64,000 nucleotides of DNA from Andalucia godoyi And28 (taxonomy: Eukaryota; Protista; Jakobida), in NCBI GenBank assembly GCA_009859145.1, contig VRVR01000027.1:259060-323059 (forward strand), written 5' to 3'. Below are positions 20,249-30,860 of the stretch, piece by piece. Below the pieces are notes generated by a model. It made no database searches and was not told the origin of the DNA. It was given only the letters and a program-made list of their open reading frames with translations. Numbering within the stretch: position 1 is the stretch's first letter; the number at the start of each line of letters is the position of its first letter. A program made the translations under genes and the position numbers.

Positions 20249-23200
20249 CTACAGGACTTCTTGCGTTTCGCTGCATAACACGCAAACTCCAGCTTGCTCA
20301 AGGCAGCGATTGAGATCGCGAGACGTTGCATGGGTATCTGGATGATCTGGTCCAAGAACTTGTTCTCGATTGCGTAGAACGTCTCGATATCCTAATAATG
20401 CGGCATCGTAATCCTCTTTGAGCATGCGACACCGGGCAATGCTGTGTCGCGTAGTCAACGTCATCGGATGCAAATCACCCAAAAGTCGCTGCTGTGAATC
20501 CACAACAGACGAAAACTCCTCTAGGGCGTCCTCATACTTGCCTTGATCCATTAGGCAATACGCAATTCCATGACACATCTCATACGTATCAGGATGATCT
20601 GTTCCCAGCAGCCGCTGTCGATCATGTAAAACCGCTTTGTATTCCGATATCGCTGTATCCTTATGTAGTAACATAAGGCATTTTCCATAGTTGTAACGAA
20701 TATCGAGGGTAATTGCATCTTCAGGATCAAGGACTTGCTCCTGATCTTTGAGTAGGCATTCCAACAGCTTCAGTGGAACATCTAAGTCACTTTGAAGCAT
20801 GCGACACGAAGCAGTACTGTTCCGAATACGCAAAACTTCGGGATGCTGGACTCCGAGACGTTTCTCTTGAATATCCAACAAGGTTTCAAACTCCTGAAGT
20901 GCTATGTCGTATTCTCTGCTGAGTTTCAAACAATGGGCAACATCATACAGACAGGTGCACGTAAAAGGATGACTACTGCCGAAAGACTGTTCTGCAGCGA
21001 TGTGAACATCCTGAAATCGTGAGAGGGTCATCTTGTAGTTCCCTTGATCGCATACGGATGAAGCAACGTCCTTTCTTGACTCTAAAGTGTCGACATGTCC
21101 AGCGCCAAAAAGTTGGGTCTTGATAGCTGTCAATTCTTCAAGTGCTCAATCGCACTACCATATTTCCTTTGTGCTCGTAAACATGAAGCAATGTCATGCC
21201 GACGTGAAAGCGTCGCCGGATGCTCGGCACCCAGGACCTCCAATTCAGTTTCAAGAAGAGATTCCAACATCTCCAGCGTCGCATCATACTTGCTTTCGGA
21301 CTGCAATGTCAGAGCTAAGCTGTTCCGCGATCGCAGTGTGTCCAGGTGTCTCGAACCGAAAACCCCCTCTTGAACAGCAATCAACGATTCAAGCTGTTCT
21401 CGTGCAACATCGTAGTGTCCGAGGTCGCGATGACACAGAGCAATGTCATGCCGACGTGAAAGCGTCGCCGGATGCTCGGCACCCAGGACCTCCAATTCAG
21501 TTTCAAGAAGAGATTCCAACATCTCCAGCGCCGCATCATTCTTTCCGTCAAATTGCAATGTGTAGGCCAAATCTTCTCGCGAAAGTAGCGTGTCAGAATG
21601 AGTCACACCGAAAACCAGCTCCTGAACAACAATCAACGATTCAAGCTGTTCTCGTGCAACATCATACTCTTCGAGGTCGCGATGACACAGAGCAATGTCA
21701 TGCCGACGTGAAAGCGTCGCTGGATGCTCGGCACCCAGGACCTCCAATTCAGCCTCAAGAAGAGATTCCAACATCTCCAGCGCCGCATCATACTTGCTTT
21801 CGGACTGCAATGTCAGAGCTAAGCTGTTCCGCGATCGCAGTGTGTCCAGGTGTCTCGAACCGAAAACCCCCTCTTGAACAGCAATCAACGATTCAAGCTG
21901 TTCTCGTGCAACACCGTAGTGTCCGAGGCTGCGATGACAAGCAGCAATGTTGCTTCGACATGTGAGAGTAATTGGGTGCTCAGCACCCAGAACCTCGATT
22001 ACAATCTCAAGAAGAGATTCCAACATCTTCAGCGCTGCATCATACTTGCCTTCAGACTGCAATATCAGAGCCAAGTCGATGCGCGATCGCAGTGTGTCCA
22101 GGTGTCTCGAACCGAAAACCCCCTCTTGAACAGCAATCAACGATTCAAGCTGTTCTCGTGCAACATCGTAGTGTCCGAGGCTGCGATGACAAACAGCAAT
22201 GTTGCTTCGACATGCGAGTGTCACTGCACGATCAGCACCCAGAACCTCGATTACAATCTCAAGAAGAGATTCCAACATCTCCAGCGCCGCATCATACTTG
22301 CCTTCGGACTGCAATATCAGAGCCAACTCGATCCGCGATCGCAGGGTTCTAGGGTGTTTAATGCCAAGCATCTTCTCTTGCATCGAAACAACATATTTGA
22401 ATTGTTCAATAGCTTCCGAATGCTTTCCAATAAAATGAAAACATTGTGCAATGTTAGCCCGCACTTCCAGCGTCTTCAAGTCTTCCTCGCCGAAACTCTC
22501 GATGTTCATTTTCAAAACGGATTGAAACATTGAAAGTGCGTCTTCGCACTTTCCTTGATGAAGAAGACATAAACCCAGATTGTTCCTTATAGAATCAACT
22601 GTGACATTCTGGTTTGTTCCTGTCAATGACCGCTCCAACACACCACTCAGGAGCGGAACGACAGGTTTCAGCTGACCAAGATCAGACAAACAGCTTGCGA
22701 CTTTGCATACAAGATTTGTGCCCAGACCTTCCTTCAAAAGCGACGACACGCATTCCAAAGGGAATAATCTGACAACACACGCACTGTGATTTCCACGACG
22801 AAGGCCAGATACTAAGTGACAACAATGTTCAAAATAGTCGGGCGTATTATTTCCAAACATTTCTTCAAAAATAAGCAGAGTATGTTCCCGGGACGAAGCT
22901 AGCCGTCTCGCATCACTCGGAGACGTGTATATGGCAAGATGTGGACGGCAACTAGTTCGAATGGCATTGGCCACGTGAAACGCGGTCGGCCTACGCGGGA
23001 AATCGCGAGACAGAATTCGCTCCATTACTCGTAACCACACACAATCAACGAATTCTAAAAGGTTCTCAGAAATCCCTGAACATCGAAATGAATCTTGCCA
23101 TTTCTCAAAAGAACTCGAAGAGTCGTCATCCAAACGAGCATTCTGAGGATGAAGCAACCACGACAAAACCAATCCTAGAGAAAAAACATCGGATGCGGTA

Positions 23201-24723
23201 GTGGATTTTTCATATCGTTGTTGTTCCGGACTGTTCCATCCTGGCGTTCCCAACACAGGCTTCGCAGTCTTCTCAACTTGAGCAAGGCCAAAATCACACA
23301 GGCACACATGCATCGAACGGATGGCATCGACACACTTGGAATCGCAAATTTCAACGATACCCTTCTCGATGTTTTCATGAATCCATAATTCATGAGACAC
23401 AAGCACGTTTTCTGGTTTCAAGTCAAGATGCATGTACTCCAGAGAGTGCATGTATCCAACAGCAGAAGCAATCTGAGAAGCCACATGACGACAAACAAGT
23501 AACATCTCGCGCGGTGATGACATCCATCGCGTCGACCAGTCTGTGGATGAAATGTAGTCCTTCAATGAACCATGATCAAAGTACTCTGTAAACACTGCTC
23601 CGTCGTGAGCAAAAACAATTGGTGCAATATGCGAATGACCATCTAAAGCACTCCATGTAGTTTCTTCCACGTGCTGAACATCAGGATGGCATGACACCTT
23701 ACAGGCAAACATTTTTTTCTGTGATCCGAGAAGCACGCGATACACCGCCCCGCATCCACCTACCCCGATGCAGTCCAAGACTTCCATGAGCGACTGCCCG
23801 TCAGAATGACGACAGAGCGTTTGCATCAGATTCTCCATCTTCTCGTGTGCATACATCAACGGCAAACGAGTGCGGATGGAGAGCTCCAAGAAAGAAACTC
23901 GGCCCTTCGCACACGAATTCCAGGTCCAACTTAGCAACACCACACAGCAACAAGCACTGACATCTGTGCAATAGGCGTATACAGGTGGTACGCTTTTCTG
24001 CTTGGAAATCTGCAACTCCAAACAGTAAAGCTGTGGCGTATTGGTAGTAGTACAAGATGCACAATCCGAAATTACTGTTCGGAAATCGTCATGAGATCCA
24101 ACACCGTGAAGAGAAAACTTTCCAAAACATGCAGAAGCTTCCATAGAGCGATCCACTGATTTGCGATTAAATCCGTTGACCGATAACGCATTGGACAATT
24201 GTAAGATTGTGGACTTTCCCATGCCGCCACGGCTCAGCAAGCCTTCCTCATCTGATTTACGGACACAATAGCACATCAAAGGTTTGTGCAGTCGTATTTC
24301 ATGATTCGCATCATATTTCCAATGACGCAGAGCAGTGCAAGAACTGAACGCAGACAAAGAAAGGTCTTTAAATTCTGAGTCCAAAACACACCATGGCTCT
24401 TCAATTCCGACAACCCCCCAAAATAATTTAGACGACCATTTCAGAATACTGTCCTTGATCTGAGAAACATCATCTGCGGATATTGCCTCTTGTCCTGAAA
24501 CCGAAATGCAAAACAGTCTCACCACAGGAGTCGTTTCATTTCCTGTCTCGTTCCGTGGCCAAAGCTTTGCCAGTCGTCGATCATCAGGTGTCAATTGCGT
24601 ATACAGTGTACATAAAATCGGATACACTCTTATAACTGCCGACGACCATGAACTCGGGATACCAAACGACAATTCCTTGAGTCGAAGTTGCGAAAGTGGA
24701 ATTTCCAGTGAATGGTCAAGCAT
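20249..24723 (-). CDS. Ser/Thr kinase with a large N-terminal extension and C-terminal 42-aa (kinesin-light-chain-type) TPR array; one gene split by a 1-nt frameshift at ~21131
   Basis: Kinase motifs GVGGCGAVY, FACK, HLDLKPENVL, DFGLA, NSPEQ and SDVFSLG. Repeats of LG..H..TL.SR..+A continue seamlessly into ORF 20249-21133 if one T is restored (HLKN-LTAIKTQLFG). Confidence 0.88.
21180..22350 (-). repeat. Near-identical 252-bp coding tandem repeats (pairs of 42-aa TPRs), about 4.5 units
   Basis: GCAATGTCATGCCGACGTGAAAGCGTCGC recurs at 252-bp spacing (about 21187, 21439, 21691), with diverged units further on. Confidence 0.9.
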
Positions 24724-24833
24724 TGCAGGGTCGTTGAACAGGATTAACAGGAAAACTCATCGCGGAAAAGAATTCCGCACCTCAGAAGCCGAGATCACCG
24801 GAAATTCAGAAAAGCGGTTTCGGATGACATGAC

Positions 24834-27800
24834 ATGTCAGCTCAAAAAGCAATGCCAGCCCGGGTCCCAAATTTCAAGTCTGCACCAGAAGTTCGCTTTT
24901 GCGTTTCTTTTCACCGTTTCTACGAATTCAAACGTTCCAATATGCTTCCAGTTCTGTTTGATCTTGAGAACACTCTTATTGTTCCTACCAAAAATGAACG
25001 ATGGCTATCACTTTCTTCGTGTTGGATGACAAGTCCTGTTCTTGACGCCAAACAATTGCTAAATCTGATTCACAAACATCTGGACAGTGATGAGTCGGTT
25101 GTCTTTTTAGGATTATGGAGTACTGCTCGCCAGGAGTCTTTGTTCACAGCTGATGATTTCGAGCGTAGAAAATGCCCAGAGATTCAGGAGCATCTTTCTC
25201 AATTCGACGAACTTCTTGTTCTCATTGTTCCTGACTATGTCCGTCCATTTGTGGATAATGTCATTCTTCATCGCAACATTGTGGAATTAGGTTTGCGCGG
25301 AGTTAATCCAGTGAATCCAGATTCACGGACGAGGTATCACGACAAGTACTCAATGTTATCCAAGGAAAACACTCAATCCTTGGGGTGGGCATCAAAGTCG
25401 TTGCTGCATGAATGTCAAGCGAGCGTTTCTGAAATCGCTTGTGATTGGATGTTCCAGTTTGAACAAATCAATTTGTGGAGGTTTGATCGCTGTCTCTCTT
25501 TACTGGGAGACGATGATTCTAGTAATGCAATCTCAAAGGTGTTAAAAGAGGATTTGAACGTCCACATTCAAATTTCCCCTTCGTATACGACTTTGAACAG
25601 GCCATCACTTTTTGGATTTCTTTTTTCGCCGCTAAGCGCGTTTGGACCAGATTCTGCCCAGGAGCCAGTATTCGGCGCAACTTTCGATAATGAAGGCAAG
25701 AAATTTGTTGTTGGATGTTTTTTACATCACGAGGGTTGCGAAGACTCTGAAATTGGCACGTTCGGCAATTTACACCCTTTTGAGAACTCTTCGCTTGAAT
25801 TTCATTTTACAAATGGTGCATTGCGGGTGCGTGGGTTGACAATTGCAGAGATTATTGTTGATGAAAATACCAACCATGTGGCACCAACCAACCAGCGTAC
25901 GTTCTGTCTGCACCATGTACAAATTGAAGTCGACGGAACCATGGTTCTCTGGTTTCGCTGGGGCTCACGGATTCTTCTGTGTCTATCTTTGAGACACATA
26001 GAGGGCGAATTGAAGGAAGTGAGATACAGTCTGTGGACTCTTGATAGTGATACAGGTCAGCGCAACGTCTCACTTGGTTGTGCATCTGTTACATGGTCGT
26101 CGCAGAAAGGTTTTGCGATACTTCCTTCCGACTATTTTAGTCTCCGAAACGGAGTTTCTGTCAGCCTTACGGATGTTCGTCGTTTCCCCGACTTCCAGGT
26201 TGTGTCTGCTGGAATCCGAATGTGTCTCGGGAGCCATTCATCATATGAATGTATGCATGGTTCACAGTCTTTTACGTCTTTGGCCAACTGCGACTGCGGT
26301 GAGATATTATTGTTTGAGCGATCTTCTCATGCGTGCATTGCGAACTTTATCGGACGCATTCGATCTGGTCGCTTGGTGTCCGACGAAGACTGTCGTGAAT
26401 TATGGATGGAACACAACGCTACAATGGAGGGTCGTTTTGTGGACGAGCTTCCGTCAGGAATCATGAAATTGACAATCTGCGGAAATGTGGAATACGCTAC
26501 CTATCGCAACGGCCGCATCGTGGAAGAAATCATATCATTGAGCGAGCGATATGCTGCCTTTATCCAGCAGTTGCGGGATCTGTTCTCGACCGATGAGATC
26601 TTTCTAGATGAGAATGAGAGCTCTCTTTTGATGGTTCTTCATGGTGGCCTGCCAGTGTGCTTGTTTTGTGTTCGGTGTGTGATAGGGAGCGGTGCTGAAG
26701 CAGTTGTGTATCGAGGTCTCACCCTGCACCACGGTCCCGTTGCTGTGAAGATCTTCCGTCGGTCCATCGGCGATGGAACCGAAGAGGCAAAAACTCAACA
26801 ATTCTTTTCTGACCAAATGGACCATTTGGGAGAGGAAGAGTTATTTGGCCGTATTCCTCGGCAGTCGACTGGCCAGTTTCCTAGTTTGGTTCGAGTCTTG
26901 TACATTGGAGCTGTAGATTCCGGAAGGAGTGTCGGAAGTGTTTTGCAGCAAGAGAGCGCTCTTGTTATGTCTTATTATCCTGAAGGAGATGTATTCGGAA
27001 AGAATCGACGGATTCAGGAGAATCTGTCGCCCAGATTATTGTTTCACCAGCTGAATCTCCTTGCCAGCACTGTCGCTGCACTTCATGAGGCACAGTTAAT
27101 TCATCGCGATATCAAGCCGAGCAACATCTTGTTGAATAACAATGGATCGAGCGGTTCTTACTCCTTTTGTCTCACAGATTTTGGAATTTCTTCCGTTCGT
27201 TTGGAGGCGCAAACGTACGTCGATTCCAGTGCAAATCCGAACTATCCACTTGGATCTCCTTGGTGGCGACCTCCCGAATTCGTGCACCAACCAGCGTTGC
27301 GGACGCCCCGTTCGGATGTCTTCAGTCTCGGATGGACTATGTTGTACCTCGCGCAAGTACAACGAATGGGTATGACCAGCGAGTATTTGCAGCATGCCTG
27401 TCAAGTTTCTTCAGCCTTGAATTCTGATCTATTCTCTTCTGGGGACGAGAATGAGTACTTTACTTATTCGGAAATGGTAAATAGAGACTTGCAGTCGTTG
27501 CGGGATGGTCATATTCAGACTCACTTGCGAACAGATGTTCATTCGACGACGACGTCCCGCATCTTGTTTTCCCATCTTCTGAGTCGAATGGTAGCATATG
27601 ATTACACTGACCGTTTGAAAATGAAAGGTGTTGTGATGCATCCTTTCTTTTGGAGCGCAAGCCAGTGTGTACAATTTGTTGTTGACGTTGCTCAGCCGTT
27701 AGCAGATTTGTTTCGAGAAGTTCAAGGCATTGAAGGCTTACATTACCAGAATTTCGAACATGCGCACAGTTCCTTTGCGTTGAATCACTTTTTGAGGCAC

Positions 27801-28286
27801 ACCGTGTCACCGTCTTCCATGCTTCCTTTTTCGTCGCCAGGTCAGCGATCATCACCAGATTCTATGATGTTAGAATCAATGTTGGATGTCATTTCGTTTG
27901 AACAGGCGTTAATGGAATACTGTGTCCATCCCAAGAACAATTATTCCGTGTACAAGCGCCTGTGCCAGCATGGACGGATGTGTGTCTTTTTCGTTTTACG
28001 TTTCATCCGTAACTTAGCATGCCATACCCCGCTGCTATCACGAGTTTTCCGTCAAGATGCGTGTCATCGATATGAGAGTCACACTCTTGTGTATCTTTTA
28101 CTTAGCCAGAGTGGAAAGAATGGAGACCTATTCGGTCGTATTGTTGAAATTGTCAGTGAACTGTCGATGATCTTGTTGGAAAACGAGAGTCAGTTGACAT
28201 TGACAGATCGTCAGATCTTTAAATCTCTTCAAGCTTGCGGATTTCTTCCAAAATCTGATCCCGACGAATTTCTCGAGCATCGTTGA
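24834..28286 (+). CDS. Protein kinase with C-terminal KEN endoribonuclease domain (RNase L/IRE1-like) and ~600-aa unknown N-terminus
   Basis: Kinase motifs GSGAEAVVY, VAVK, HRDIKPSNIL, TDFGIS, RPPE and SDVFSLG, then HPFFWS (kinase-KEN junction) and LRFIRNLACH, which matches the KEN catalytic R-x2-R-N-x3-H. Confidence 0.82.
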   Translation: MSAQKAMPARVPNFKSAPEVRFCVSFHRFYEFKRSNMLPVLFDLENTLIVPTKNERWLSLSSCWMTSPVLDAKQLLNLIHKHLDSDESVVFLGLWSTARQESLFTADDFERRKCPEIQEHLSQFDELLVLIVPDYVRPFVDNVILHRNIVELGLRGVNPVNPDSRTRYHDKYSMLSKENTQSLGWASKSLLHECQASVSEIACDWMFQFEQINLWRFDRCLSLLGDDDSSNAISKVLKEDLNVHIQISPSYTTLNRPSLFGFLFSPLSAFGPDSAQEPVFGATFDNEGKKFVVGCFLHHEGCEDSEIGTFGNLHPFENSSLEFHFTNGALRVRGLTIAEIIVDENTNHVAPTNQRTFCLHHVQIEVDGTMVLWFRWGSRILLCLSLRHIEGELKEVRYSLWTLDSDTGQRNVSLGCASVTWSSQKGFAILPSDYFSLRNGVSVSLTDVRRFPDFQVVSAGIRMCLGSHSSYECMHGSQSFTSLANCDCGEILLFERSSHACIANFIGRIRSGRLVSDEDCRELWMEHNATMEGRFVDELPSGIMKLTICGNVEYATYRNGRIVEEIISLSERYAAFIQQLRDLFSTDEIFLDENESSLLMVLHGGLPVCLFCVRCVIGSGAEAVVYRGLTLHHGPVAVKIFRRSIGDGTEEAKTQQFFSDQMDHLGEEELFGRIPRQSTGQFPSLVRVLYIGAVDSGRSVGSVLQQESALVMSYYPEGDVFGKNRRIQENLSPRLLFHQLNLLASTVAALHEAQLIHRDIKPSNILLNNNGSSGSYSFCLTDFGISSVRLEAQTYVDSSANPNYPLGSPWWRPPEFVHQPALRTPRSDVFSLGWTMLYLAQVQRMGMTSEYLQHACQVSSALNSDLFSSGDENEYFTYSEMVNRDLQSLRDGHIQTHLRTDVHSTTTSRILFSHLLSRMVAYDYTDRLKMKGVVMHPFFWSASQCVQFVVDVAQPLADLFREVQGIEGLHYQNFEHAHSSFALNHFLRHTVSPSSMLPFSSPGQRSSPDSMMLESMLDVISFEQALMEYCVHPKNNYSVYKRLCQHGRMCVFFVLRFIRNLACHTPLLSRVFRQDACHRYESHTLVYLLLSQSGKNGDLFGRIVEIVSELSMILLENESQLTLTDRQIFKSLQACGFLPKSDPDEFLEHR

Positions 28287-29449
28287 AATGTTGTTTTGCT
28301 CAACGTTCTTCAGCATCTTCTTTCTTTTTAAAAAAGGAAAACGTCTGTTTTCGTGTTTTAAGTTCAAATTCGGACTTCGCTGCGATGATTAAGAATGCTT
28401 GAAGTCTTCAGAATGATTGCAGTTGTTTCTCACGTAAAAACCTTCAGTATTTCTTGTTCGATATGCTACCTCAATGCAATGAAGGGTGAAGTCGTTCACA
28501 TGGTTTGCAGGCACAGCAGGAATGTCATAAACGTAGTATTGATTTCGCAATTCAAATCTTTGGATGTTAAGAACGGAATTTTGCCACCTTCTTGACAAAA
28601 TGAAAAATCACGAAAAGTCGCAGCAGCATCGTGTTCGTCAAGAAACCGAAGGGAATGGAAACAAGTGTGAAACTCAGAGCTTTTCAACCGACTGGCATGC
28701 AATTTGGAACAGAAGCCGAAGATGATGATCCAGTTTGTGGATGAATGCAGCAGATCGAATCCAAAATGTGTCCAAGATTACTCCGAATTGACAATGATCG
28801 ATTGTCTCATAGTCGAACGTCGGACAGAAATTCGACAACGAATGATAGTGGATCAGCTATGTTGGCTTTGACCGGGAGTGCAGAATACGGTGCATCCGAG
28901 CTCCTTTCTTCGAAGAGACAACATGGTGCACCAGTTGCGAAATCACAGCATCCTTATAATCACGGTTATTGGAAAACAGAAGGTGGCGTCCGATGTGCCT
29001 GGGAATTCGTTCATCTGTATCAAACGGGATGTCAAAAAGGAGCAGATTAACATCCATCTCATATCATTTAATTGGCTGCCATTCTCAAACGACACATCTA
29101 TGAACATGTTTTCGGTTTATTTCAATCGTCTTCAGCATTCTGCAGATTCCTGGTCATTGCCTTTCGTTAGGAAAGGAAGCAGCTTTACGTTAGTATCATA
29201 GAGAAAAGAACAAAATGTGTGACACTGATGCTTAAAAACTCAAAGAAAACAGAGATTGTACGTCTTTCCGGGCAATATGACACGTATGATACCCGCGTCA
29301 CATTTTCTGAGGAATGCCTGCAGCGTGCGGCATCTTTGTCACGGAGAACAAAGTTATCGTACACTCCGGAATCTCGTCGATGGCCTTACTGATACAACGC
29401 CGAGCAGTTCCCAGGTTTGCATCATCAAGGAGACGGATTGCAACGTTGA

Positions 29450-30043
29450 TCACAACGGAGAGTGACGGTGGGACTTCCTGCCACCGTTCTTCGCAGAGCA
29501 AGAATCAGAAGCGGCCACAGTAGGATCGACGAGTGGCGCACCGTAGCTGGACTCGGGATCGACCTCAGGAGCTCTCTTGTCCTCGAATGACATTGATGCA
29601 CCACCATCACGGTTGGGCGGTGCTGTTTCTGCGAGATTGCCCGCGAGACGGTTCCGCGACTCACGGTCCTGCGCCAATTCCGTCTCCGATTCGATCTCGG
29701 ACTCTGAAGCCGACGATCCGTCGTCTTCCTGCTGCGCATGGTTGAGCTCACACTTCTTCAAGGCAGAAAGAGGCGTGCATTCCTTGGGAAGGCCAGAAGC
29801 GGCGTTTGAAGGGCCGTTGGCTGGCTTCGCCTTCTTGGATGGATTGGCATCCATCTTGTTAGAAATTTCGTCGAAATTATGCTTGATTGAACGTGGAAGC
29901 AACTTGGAGTCTTCAGCAAGATTTCCAGCTTCGACTGCGGCTATGTTGGAGGAAGACGCAGACGGAGAGATGCTGCGGAGTTCCTGAGCGGTTGCCAACG
30001 TTTGGCTTCGCGGAGACTTCACGGCGGTGACTTGTTCAGACAT
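29450..30043 (-). CDS. Low-complexity hypothetical protein (~197 aa)
   Basis: ATG (MSEQVTAV) follows a pyrimidine tract. Ser/Ala/Glu-rich ORF. Confidence 0.5.
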   Translation of the reverse strand: MSEQVTAVKSPRSQTLATAQELRSISPSASSSNIAAVEAGNLAEDSKLLPRSIKHNFDEISNKMDANPSKKAKPANGPSNAASGLPKECTPLSALKKCELNHAQQEDDGSSASESEIESETELAQDRESRNRLAGNLAETAPPNRDGGASMSFEDKRAPEVDPESSYGAPLVDPTVAASDSCSAKNGGRKSHRHSPL

Positions 30044-30558
30044 CAGGATTCTGCAGTTACTTTTCGAGAAGAAATAAGAGGGGAAAGAAGTTGGCAGACT
30101 CAGTGAGAAGAGAAAAAGAAGAAAAAAAAGAAAAAACAAGATGATGGAACAGCTTTATGATCTTCAGAACCTCGTTCAAATTCTTTTTCGTCGCCAAGTC
30201 TTCCGAGTCATGCGAATGCGAGCAGATCTCCGTTGCTCATCCTAATATGGAATGTGCAATGCATGCGAATCTTCTGCAAACGGAATCCTTCGGAGCACAG
30301 TTTGGAGTCGCTGTTACGACGGCTTTCATCGGTTACTGTAAAGACCCGGCCAACGTTCGTTCTCTGTTCTTTCGTTCGCTTTTTCATCATTCGAACATAA
30401 TCCTGCTTATAAATCACTCCAAAGTATTCCATCAAAGTCGTGTATCCTTGTGTTTCATCGAAGCTCGGCCTACAGAGGATTGCAGTGCATGGTCCAGACG
30501 ATGAGGTCGTACTTACAACTTCGAAGTTGCCCGCGTTGATTTCTTGAGGGCTGGACGA

Positions 30559-30700
30559 AGAGTCAAAGATCTCGTCTGTTTCATCGGATTCATGGTATTC
30601 TGTGAAGATGTATGTCATCGGTTCGAGAGCCACACTCTCATGTATCTCCTGCTCAGTCAATGTGGGAACAGCAGGGACGTCTTTGGTCGTGTTACTGTCA
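30559..30700 (+). pseudogene. Fragment of a paralogous KEN-domain C-terminus
   Basis: FCEDVCHRFESHTLMYLLLSQCGNSRDVFGRVT vs FRQDACHRYESHTLVYLLLSQSGKNGDLFGRIV (28047-28145): 21/33 aa identical. Preceded by VKDLVCFIG, a KEN-like V.DL+RFIR motif. Confidence 0.8.
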
Positions 30701-30860
30701 ATTTATTCAGCATATCAAAACAGAAGAAGCAAGCATTTTCTTCAGCAGTGGAACGTTGGCGGCATTTCCAGCGCCTTAATCGATACTTGTCCGTTTGTGT
30801 GCCACAAGAATTGCAGCTGCAGCTTAGAAAGACACATTCCCCGAAAGACTTCTCGAAATC

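Noticed and set aside
21127-21158. 32-nt GT-AG intron repairing the kinase-TPR frame
   Set aside because: It would delete ~10 residues and break the TPR register; a 1-nt deletion fits exactly. Tiny introns also fail to repair the transposase.
21087-22533. Plus-strand ORFs 21087-21965, 21850-22533 and 21972-22352
   Set aside because: Antisense shadows of the TPR repeats. The same applies to 52173-52853, 59317-60195 and 43299-43835 opposite real genes.
30208-30660. FAR1/WRKY-like zinc domain in the 150-aa minus ORF (CSEG.R...C...HSH)
   Set aside because: It needs a frameshift, the Cys-His spacing is short, and the ORF start is antisense to the KEN relic. Too weak to call.
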